Shown: positions 1 to 7,151 of the stretch, in pieces
How positions within the stretch are numbered: position 1 is the first letter of the stretch
Layout: every line of letters starts with the position of its first letter
Source of the DNA: a virus
Taxonomy: Duplodnaviria > Caudoviricetes
IMG/VR virus record: IMGVR_UViG_3300024284_000010
Span: 1 to 40,250 of that record
Length of the DNA stretch: 40,250 nt
Reading direction: 5' to 3' (one strand)
The notes under the pieces: model-generated
Told to the model about the DNA's origin: nothing
Database searches by the model: none
What the model saw: only the letters and a program-made list of their open reading frames with translations
Program-made: the position numbers and the translations under genes

Positions 1-116
1 TGTAAAGTATATGCTAGATTGATATATCGATCAATTTGGGTGTCTGGCATCTGAGCAGGGCTATATCGGGCTGTCATGCGTCTTACGGTATTGCGCATTT
101 CAAGTAATTGCACCAT
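1..116 (-). CDS. 5' part of putative head-tail adaptor gene (continues across the circular junction into 40241..39326; 343 aa in total)
   Basis: ATG at 116 follows AAGGA. It reads MVQLLEMRNTVRRMTARYSPAQMPDTQIDRYINLAYTL and joins in frame to HFPEQFKNLK at the window end through the 9-nt terminal overlap. Confidence 0.75.
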   Translation of the reverse strand, partial: MVQLLEMRNTVRRMTARYSPAQMPDTQIDRYINLAYTL

Positions 117-125
117 GATATTTCC

Positions 126-554
126 TTACATGCCATTTATAGGGTTACTAGGCGTACCATTATTATAGATAACACCTTCAAAAGAATCCTGATTCCCATA
201 TGGCAGAGGTAAGGGTGGTAGGAACTTGCCACTGGAATCTGGAATTACACTAGGAGGTGTAAACGCCGATGGTAAAGGATTCGGATAAGAAAATACATTA
301 AAATTCATTGAATCCAAATCTAAAGTTAACGTATTTAACGTTACCGCAATTACCTGCACATTGACAAGATTCAAATTTACCATACCAAACTGAGTAGGAA
401 TTAAGAAACGCACCTTAACACCTGCCGAATATCCATGATCGTCAACCGTAGTAACAACGCAAGGATTTGCATTTGTCACCGATGCAATCGTCTGACAACG
501 CAAATTCTCCTGAACTTGAACTTGGCTATATCCCGGATAATAAGTGACTGTCAT
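126..554 (-). CDS. Putative virion protein with E1-FCCH-like beta domain
   Basis: Motif IASVTNANPCVVTTVDDHGYSAGVKVRF resembles FCCH-like repeats of phage structural proteins; lies in the structural operon. Confidence 0.55.
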   Translation of the reverse strand: MTVTYYPGYSQVQVQENLRCQTIASVTNANPCVVTTVDDHGYSAGVKVRFLIPTQFGMVNLNLVNVQVIAVTLNTLTLDLDSMNFNVFSYPNPLPSAFTPPSVIPDSSGKFLPPLPLPYGNQDSFEGVIYNNGTPSNPINGM

Positions 555-580
555 GTAAAACCGTTTTACAAATATTTAAA

Positions 581-1150
581 TTAAAAATTAAGTGGAACAA
601 ACGCGTATTTCTTGTCGCTTTTATCTACACTATCAATCTGACTATGTCCATCATCCGGACCTTCTTTCTGTATATGCTTTGGAGTATAATAATGTTCATT
701 AATTTGCTCCATAAAACCACGCTTGATCGTATAAACTTTTCCGTCTTGAAACGTAGTCCAAGCAGCAACATCGCCAGGGTTTTTATCATATGCCAACTTA
801 GCAGATTGCCCTTTTGACCTTAGATTATGAAATCTACCTGTTATCATTTGATTATCATGAGCTTTCTGAGCTTCAATCTTTGCAGCCAAAGCTTTTCTTT
901 CAACTGATATCCCTAAATGCTTATCCATGATAACTTTTTCATCTGAGCTGAGCTCACGATTAGGTCTTTCAGTATAAACATATTTATCTGATTGAGCTTT
1001 CTTTTCAGCTATTTCGCATCGAGTTTTTTCTAACTCAATTCGAGCCAAATCAATTTCAGTCTGTAAATCTTCTAATACTGCTGCATCTGTCATATGAACC
1101 TCTATTGTTTCATTATTTTGTACAGTTTTAATTTTTTTTTGTCTTGCCAT
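581..1150 (-). CDS. Hypothetical protein with N-terminal coiled coil (head module)
   Basis: 189-aa ORF co-oriented in the late operon; no recognisable motif. Confidence 0.6.
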   Translation of the reverse strand: MARQKKIKTVQNNETIEVHMTDAAVLEDLQTEIDLARIELEKTRCEIAEKKAQSDKYVYTERPNRELSSDEKVIMDKHLGISVERKALAAKIEAQKAHDNQMITGRFHNLRSKGQSAKLAYDKNPGDVAAWTTFQDGKVYTIKRGFMEQINEHYYTPKHIQKEGPDDGHSQIDSVDKSDKKYAFVPLNF

Positions 1151-1153
1151 ATT

Positions 1154-1693
1154 TTACCTTTTGGTCACATTGTAACCATATTCATTCAAGAATTCTATGT
1201 AAAATTTTATGCGATCTTCTACTCGTTGGCCTGCACAATGCTTAGTAGACCATAATTCTAAATTCTCTATTCGATTATCATCTCGTATGCCATTGATATG
1301 ATGAATCGTTTCCCCTTTACGAATAGGTCTTCCTAAATGTTCGCTCATTACCCAAATATGTTCTTTTATTCTATGATCTTTTCTAGCGTTTGGGTGTCCT
1401 TTTCGTGAAATTATAGCATATCCGTTACCATCATAATGTCTACAAGTTAAACTAGTTTTTCTAGCATCTCCCACTTTTAAATCTAAAGGTATACCATATT
1501 TTTTTCTTTGCTTTATTAACTGTCTTTTTTTCTCTATTTCATAAAGGACAAGATTGTTTTTATACCTTTCTCTTGTTTTTCTGTTTTGACATATTTTGCA
1601 ATATGAATTGTAACCAGCTTTATGTCTGCTACATTTATGAAATTGACTTGTTTCTTTTTCTTCTTTACACAAACGACATATTTTTAAATTCAT
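1154..1693 (-). CDS. Free-standing HNH homing endonuclease with N-terminal Cys zinc finger
   Basis: CRLC...CKIC zinc finger and EHIWVMSEHLGRPIRKGETIHHINGIRDDNRIENLEL HNH motif. Start set at ATG 1693 behind GAGAGG. Confidence 0.9.
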   Translation of the reverse strand: MNLKICRLCKEEKETSQFHKCSRHKAGYNSYCKICQNRKTRERYKNNLVLYEIEKKRQLIKQRKKYGIPLDLKVGDARKTSLTCRHYDGNGYAIISRKGHPNARKDHRIKEHIWVMSEHLGRPIRKGETIHHINGIRDDNRIENLELWSTKHCAGQRVEDRIKFYIEFLNEYGYNVTKR

Positions 1694-1736
1694 GGTAACC
1701 TCTCTTTTCAGAAAGGTTACCACATATGGTATTAAA

Positions 1737-2846
1737 CTACAATGACATTTCTACTGTCGTCGCTTCCCAATACCAGGCCGACACTTCACCATCGATGATA
1801 CCACCAACGGTTGCCGAGTTCGTGCCATCGCCTGCACCAACCAATATGCCTCTAGAACCTAGATTTTGACGTGCAAAACCTAAGATATTCTGATTTGCGT
1901 ACGGTAATGGCGAAGGTGTGACCCCGATTAACTGGTTTGTATTGCCTTCCCCTTGTGGTACCATAATTGGTAAAGATTGAGGATACTGCGCGGCTAACAA
2001 TGAAACAAATGCAGTATATGCAGTTGAATCAACGTTCGCAAAAGTCACTGTCTGAGTACCTACAGCATTGTTAACAGCAGAAACAGTAAACTGTAAAGGT
2101 AAACCATTTTGAGTGCTAACAAGTTGCTGCATCCCATACGCCACAGGAATCTGGAACCTTACAACATCACCAATTTGATAATTCTGCTGAACCAGTGTAG
2201 TAACCACCATTGGGTTAGCTAAAGTGATAGCAGCAATTACTCTATTTTGAGGATAATATAAGGCTGAATCCATAACGGCAAAATTTCCAATCTTATAGAC
2301 CGAGCCAACGCTTGTTAAAGCATTAGTTGAGTCTAATAAAGTTGTAAATGTGTTTGTGCCGTTAGTAGCCGTAACAGTCATGATAAGTCCGCCCAATTGT
2401 GGCGCAGATGTCATGTTAACAATTCTAACAGTATCCCCGACTTGGTAGCCGTGGTTAGTAGAAGTTGTAAAGACTGTTGTTACTGGAGGACCTGCATTTG
2501 TGGTAAATCCAGTAATAGAAAAAGTAGCCCCTTGGCTATAAATTGAGCTATCATAAAGACTAAATCCATTGATAGTCATTTTGCCATTTTCATAAGGTGC
2601 AATTGTACCTGCTACAGTACCATTCATTTTGATGATACCAGTATTAGAAGCCATATAAGAAGGTAGAAAAAGACCTTCTACAATCTTATCAGAAGTCAAA
2701 GAACCAGAAACACCAAGTGCAGTTTGACCCGAATAAGTCAAATTCCAAATTTGGAATTTAGAAATTTGATTCGGAATAGGTATATAATGAGGTGTAGATG
2801 CAACGTTTTTAAATGTTCCATTTACAATCTGTGTTGAGCCAGCCAT
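1737..2846 (-). CDS. Virion structural/capsid-associated protein with FCCH-like repeats
   Basis: Immediately downstream of the MCP; AGGAGG RBS before ATG 2846; repeats such as TTSTNHGYQVGDTVRI and AAITLANPMVVTT...YQIGDVVRF. Confidence 0.6.
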   Translation of the reverse strand: MAGSTQIVNGTFKNVASTPHYIPIPNQISKFQIWNLTYSGQTALGVSGSLTSDKIVEGLFLPSYMASNTGIIKMNGTVAGTIAPYENGKMTINGFSLYDSSIYSQGATFSITGFTTNAGPPVTTVFTTSTNHGYQVGDTVRIVNMTSAPQLGGLIMTVTATNGTNTFTTLLDSTNALTSVGSVYKIGNFAVMDSALYYPQNRVIAAITLANPMVVTTLVQQNYQIGDVVRFQIPVAYGMQQLVSTQNGLPLQFTVSAVNNAVGTQTVTFANVDSTAYTAFVSLLAAQYPQSLPIMVPQGEGNTNQLIGVTPSPLPYANQNILGFARQNLGSRGILVGAGDGTNSATVGGIIDGEVSAWYWEATTVEMSL

Positions 2847-2857
2847 ATTCAACCCTC

Positions 2858-4653
2858 CTATAATGCTACTTGAAGCGTGCAACGTAAGTTGACGATCCAA
2901 GATGTGTTAGTGATGTTGAATACTTGAGCCATTTTCCAACCTGCTGTTTGGTAAAGACGCAATCTTGGCGACGCAATTTCTGGCGGCGCGTAGATGAATT
3001 GAGCGGAATAACCGTCCAAGTCCACCATGTCATATGACTCTTGCCCTGGGATAAAGATGTTATAAACATCCTGACCATTTGCAGAAGCCGCAACGCTGAT
3101 AGAACCAACTGAAGACAGCAAGAAACGGATGTTTCTAATTGTTCCCCATTCGGCTTGAAGCAAGTTTGCAGTATTTGCATACTGAGCCACGTTCTGGAAG
3201 CCTACCATTTGGTCTAAGTCAGCACTAAGGTTAGTGTGAGTTAAGCCAAAGAAGCAAGTTCTTACAGGTGCTGTACCGAATTTGTCTTCGCCTTCAATCA
3301 AGTCCATAATGAATTGCGCGTTGGCAGTTCTTAACAAACGAACGGCTTTAGAGCAATCCAGAGGGCTGATATTAGTAGGATTATCGCCATTTGTGCCCGC
3401 TGTGCAATTTATAGGCGGTGCACCCGCTTCCATCATACTTCTAGCAAGCTGATCTTCTGTTTCACGAAGTGACTGCCCAAGTGTGCTCACAGCACTATTT
3501 AGGACAGGATCTTCGTTGATCAACATTCATATCTGTTACTTAATGACCTAATTTTCATTAGGCGCATAGCTCATTTCTGGCTATGTCTATATGTTTCCAT
3601 ATAGCTCAGAGTACCGCTTCACCTTTCGGTGCCTACCCGCTTTACTCGTTCACGCTGGACAATAATTTCGTTTCATGTTACAATAACGTCAAACACTCAT
3701 AAACATAGGAGTTTTATGACTAATACCCGTCTTTCTAAATACACCAGAAAAGAATATTCCCCGACCCATCTTGCATATTTTGCAGGGATTGTAGATGGTG
3801 AAGGTTGTATTCATATTGGTTACTACTTTAATAAAACCCAAAATCGAAGCGTCTACCATTCTCTTATACAAATTACAAGTACAGATATATGCTTGATAGA
3901 CTGGATTACAAATATATTTGGGGGTAATTCCTCTGTTTATACTGACGCTCAAACACCTAAAAACTCCACTCTCAAACCTTATAGTTGGAAAGCAAGCGGA
4001 GAAAGACTGACACATCTTTGTGAATTGCTTATTCCTTATGCCATCATAAAGAAAGACCAACTCCAAATAATGCTTGAGTTTAGAAGAACTTTTCAGGATC
4101 AACATGAACCTAAAAAGGGACAACAAGGGATTCAACCAATAACTCAGGAGCTTATTGATTATCGCCATAGTCTTCTTGTTAAACTTAGAAGTCTTCATTG
4201 TCGTAAAGGTGTCCATAAAACTGTTACTATTCCTTGCGCCTTGTCTTCTTCGCCTTAACGCGGTCAGAGTTCCAAGTCAATTAGGGCTGGTTTATAGCAG
4301 GCAATGTTACCTACCTGCTCTTGAAGGATAATGTAAGAACCATCATATTCTTACACCTTCAAGAAGATTGGCATGGCTTATGCAGCTAGTAACCAATCTA
4401 TTCTTGCATCAATGTCAAGGGCTGTCAGCTGTTGCGCTGGAGGGTCTACAATTCCATTACCCAAAGGTATTGGAGCGGTTAGCAAGTTCTGATAACGTCT
4501 ACGTCTCAGAATATCGCCAGCTTGTTGGTCCATACTTATAGGGTAGCCCATAGTCGTATGAATCAAGTCTGGCATAGGACGAGCAAGTAACTTCATGGAC
4601 AACTGTTGTTGTACCGCTGGAGGCAAAATGCTTGTAGTTGTGGGACCTGACAT
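2858..4653 (-). CDS. Major capsid protein (N4-gp56-like), three exons: join(4653..4392, 4343..4313, 3527..2858), 320 aa
   Basis: Exons of 262+31+670 nt give 963 nt in one open frame reading ...LTALDIDARIDW-YGSYIILQEQV-MLINEDPVLN...EGEDKFGTAPVR..., as expected for N4-gp56-type capsids. Follows portal and scaffold. Confidence 0.9.
3656..3684 (+). promoter_or_regulatory. Sigma70-type promoter for the LAGLIDADG gene
   Basis: TGGACA-N17-TACAAT with TG extended -10, 31 nt upstream of the ATG. Confidence 0.55.
3716..4258 (+). CDS. Intron-encoded single-motif LAGLIDADG homing endonuclease, antisense to the intron
   Basis: LAYFAGIVDGEGCI motif and LLIPYAIIKKDQ; AGGAG RBS before ATG 3716; inserted in the P6 region. 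Confidence 0.9.
   Translation: MTNTRLSKYTRKEYSPTHLAYFAGIVDGEGCIHIGYYFNKTQNRSVYHSLIQITSTDICLIDWITNIFGGNSSVYTDAQTPKNSTLKPYSWKASGERLTHLCELLIPYAIIKKDQLQIMLEFRRTFQDQHEPKKGQQGIQPITQELIDYRHSLLVKLRSLHCRKGVHKTVTIPCALSSSP
4344..4391 (-). ncRNA. 48-nt core-less group-I-like mini-intron in the MCP gene
   Basis: Follows an exon U and ends in G; P1 AGAUUGGU/GCCAAUCU; P10 AGCCAU/AUGGUU; two in-frame UAA codons; removal recreates the UAU (Tyr) codon. Confidence 0.8.
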
Positions 4654-4698
4654 AATCTTAACCTTACGTTAAGACGAAGCCAACCATGTAAAGCCGTT

Positions 4699-5430
4699 TT
4701 ACTTGCGAGAAGCTGCAAGAGTTTCTTTCCAAAGAGTATTCTTTTGCTCTTTAGACATACGTGAATTGGATAGAGCTGCCGCAGTTGATACAGCCTCAGA
4801 GCGAACCCCTAAGCTCCCTAACTTCGGCTTTCCTTCCTTTTCATCCACTCTCTTTTGCTCTTGAGAAATAGGTTTATCTTTCGACGCTATTGCAGCCTTA
4901 TCAGCCTGATAACGTGCATCTTTTTTGATGAGATTGTACACCTTTCTCAAAGGATTAACAGCTTTCTCGACAGCCTCACGGTTGTCTTCGTCACTTTTGA
5001 TATATTTTTCAATATTTTCAGCTGTGACGACGTCCTTAAAATCAGCGAACTCTTGAGCAGTCTCTAGGATTTGAAGCTTTTGATCCTTTTCAGCTAGTTT
5101 GCGCTCGTAGTCCGACATTTTCTTATTCATCGTACTAAAAGCTTTAACAAGTTTCTTCCCATCGGGGAATTCTTCTTGTTCTAGCTGTCTATAATCATAG
5201 TCTTCTTCCTGTGGTTGTTGATTAACTTGCTGCTGCCGTTGCAACGACTGCGCTTGCTGATCCTTGTACCACTTTAGTTCCTGCTCCGATTGCCACGCTT
5301 TTCTATCGGAGTCTTCTTTAGCTTTCCTAAGCTCTGCGAAACTCTCTTTAGGAGTCTTTGCATTGCTTTCATGGTTGTCTTCAGCCTGGTCAGCCACGTC
5401 AGGAATTTGGGCTTGTTCTGTTAAACTCAT
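4699..5430 (-). CDS. Capsid scaffolding protein
   Basis: Charged coiled-coil 243-aa protein directly upstream of the MCP; AAGGA RBS. Confidence 0.75.
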   Translation of the reverse strand: MSLTEQAQIPDVADQAEDNHESNAKTPKESFAELRKAKEDSDRKAWQSEQELKWYKDQQAQSLQRQQQVNQQPQEEDYDYRQLEQEEFPDGKKLVKAFSTMNKKMSDYERKLAEKDQKLQILETAQEFADFKDVVTAENIEKYIKSDEDNREAVEKAVNPLRKVYNLIKKDARYQADKAAIASKDKPISQEQKRVDEKEGKPKLGSLGVRSEAVSTAAALSNSRMSKEQKNTLWKETLAASRK

Positions 5431-5557
5431 GTGTTTCCTTTGAGATGGCGAATTCTCTGTTGCGCCGAAACCGCGTCAATGTGATACTGACGTGATATTA
5501 GGTCAAGATATATTTAAAATTACAATTTGCTGCAAGTTAAAAATTTAAGGATGTTGA

Positions 5558-5746
5558 ATGAGTGATGATTTAGAAGAAATAGTTTACATGATGGCTGTTG
5601 AGAAAACAGTCAATTTGATATTTAATATAGAGATGGCATTAAATTTTTTTAATGATAATAAAATAAAGCCTGATGAAGCTGTAGTCAAAGCTTTAGGGCC
5701 ATTGATAAGTGAATTGGATAAGTGGATTAAGCAATCTTCCCATTGA
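5558..5746 (+). CDS. Small hypothetical protein, opposite strand
   Basis: AAGGA RBS, 62 aa, mostly intergenic. Confidence 0.55.
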   Translation: MSDDLEEIVYMMAVEKTVNLIFNIEMALNFFNDNKIKPDEAVVKALGPLISELDKWIKQSSH

Positions 5747-6149
5747 TGGAATAGTCTTCGATCCTTTCGAGCTTATCATTGCAATAATTTCGAAGCATTC
5801 TTACATGTTCTTTATCGAATTTTTCTGGATTTGCTAGGATGTAATTTAGCGTTTCTTTCTTTGGAATGGCGTATTCAAATTTTACTTTATCATAATTTGT
5901 AACTGACCATAAAAGCATATCCTCATCTTGATATGGGCTTGGACGCGTTACACGGATAATTGCAGGACGCAGGACTAATTTTCCAGAAGTATTATTTTTG
6001 TAATAGAGAATCCATATGTAATATTTACGAAGATCAAATCCTTTCTTCATACACATTTCGTATTGCTCTTGAACACATTGATCAAGATAATTCTTAATCT
6101 TTGGCATTGCAGATTGTAGAATTTCGCCAACTTCGGGAGTATAAGTCAT
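5727..6149 (-). CDS. Hypothetical protein
   Basis: 140-aa ORF in the head module. Confidence 0.65.
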   Translation of the reverse strand: MTYTPEVGEILQSAMPKIKNYLDQCVQEQYEMCMKKGFDLRKYYIWILYYKNNTSGKLVLRPAIIRVTRPSPYQDEDMLLWSVTNYDKVKFEYAIPKKETLNYILANPEKFDKEHVRMLRNYCNDKLERIEDYSINGKIA

Positions 6150-6434
6150 TAAAAAACCTTATAATTTTCTGGATTTAAAAGGTCTATCATAATAACTAAA
6201 AGAGGATATAAATCTTTACTATGTATATATTCATCTAAATCTTTTCTTTTATTAAATTCTTCTAATAGAATTTTCAAACCTAAGGGAATTTTTTTTTCTT
6301 CCATTATCTCACCATCTTTGCGCCACCGTTAATCGATCTATTGCTATGCACTGATCCTTGCTTAGGCTTGCTTACATAGCCGGATTGTGGCTTATGAAGA
6401 TTCGGAAGCTTCTTTATCTTTGGGGGAATCATTG

Positions 6435-6590
6435 TCATTTCATTTTCCGATGCAATTTCATAGCCATTTTATCAGCGGCATTATCTCTTTTAGCTTCTTG
6501 TTTATATTCTTTAGCAGATGGCTTATAATCCTTTCCATGCTTTGCTTCACGTGCTTTCTTTTCTTTTTCCATTGTCGTTAATTTAGCCAT
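6435..6590 (-). CDS. Small Lys-rich protein (51 aa, not in ORF track)
   Basis: MAKLTTMEKEKKAREAKHGKDYK...; tightly packed with neighbouring small ORFs. Confidence 0.5.
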   Translation of the reverse strand: MAKLTTMEKEKKAREAKHGKDYKPSAKEYKQEAKRDNAADKMAMKLHRKMK

Positions 6591-6591
6591 A

Positions 6592-6762
6592 TTATTTTTC
6601 CCCTGAATTTTGTTTCTGTTTCTTAGCTTGCGGACTAAATGAATTAGACATCTGCAAAGGTGGCTTTCCAGTATTGCGATATCTATCTTGCTTAGTGCTT
6701 AGTTCTTTACTATTAGGCACACTAGGCTTGCTTTGCTCTGGGATTATCTTTATTCCGGCCAT
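6592..6762 (-). CDS. Small basic protein (56 aa, not in ORF track)
   Basis: MAGIKIIPEQSKPS...; AAAGGA RBS; stop lies 1 nt before the next start. Confidence 0.5.
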   Translation of the reverse strand: MAGIKIIPEQSKPSVPNSKELSTKQDRYRNTGKPPLQMSNSFSPQAKKQKQNSGEK

Positions 6763-6941
6763 ATTAATTTCCTTTATAGGCTTTTTCTAGGGCTTCAAGG
6801 ACTTTCTTGATGTCTGTTGTTGGCATTAATATTTTCCACCCAATGTGTTATAATTAGACTTATAACATAAAAAAACGGAGCTGTACTTATTGAGGTGTTC
6901 CTATGTTTTAAATAGGCTCATTTTTGCCTAGGCCCCGAAAA

Positions 6942-7151
6942 TTATTTATTAGCCATCTTTTCGCGTGTATAAGGCTTATGAGCCAATGATCTATCATCAT
7001 GCCCATCAATCTTTTTTCTTACTTGCTCATAAGAATTAGATGCGCCTGCTGGTGGCTTAGGATCAACATTTTCTTTAATTGGTGAATAATGCGCTCCGGT
7101 ATTACCCTTTCCAGATCCACCACTAGATGTATTTTTATAACTACTGCCCAT
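6942..7151 (-). CDS. Small hypothetical protein
   Basis: Overlaps the portal stop; AAGGGG RBS. Confidence 0.6.
   Translation of the reverse strand: MGSSYKNTSSGGSGKGNTGAHYSPIKENVDPKPPAGASNSYEQVRKKIDGHDDRSLAHKPYTREKMANK

Larger units (their letters stand above)
3528..4312 (-). ncRNA. Group I self-splicing intron (785 nt) in the MCP gene
   Basis: P1 AGCAGGU/GCCUGCU with U.G at the 5' splice site; P10 AACAUU/AAUGUU; P3 CCAGCCC/GGGUAGG; P4-like GACUUG/CAAGGC; P7 GAGUA/UACUC; P8 CACC-GAAA-GGUG; P9 hairpins; terminal G at 3528. Confidence 0.9.

Noticed and set aside
3689-4216. 175-aa minus-strand ORF inside the intron
   Set aside because: Antisense shadow of the LAGLIDADG gene with no motif.
4344-4391. 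Ribosomal bypass (T4 gene 60-like) or stop readthrough as the explanation of the 48-nt insert
   Set aside because: The codon before the first stop (GCA) has no matching landing codon, two UAA codons would need readthrough, and TAA is the usual stop genome-wide. P1/P10/terminal-G signals fit splicing better, though bypass is not formally excluded.
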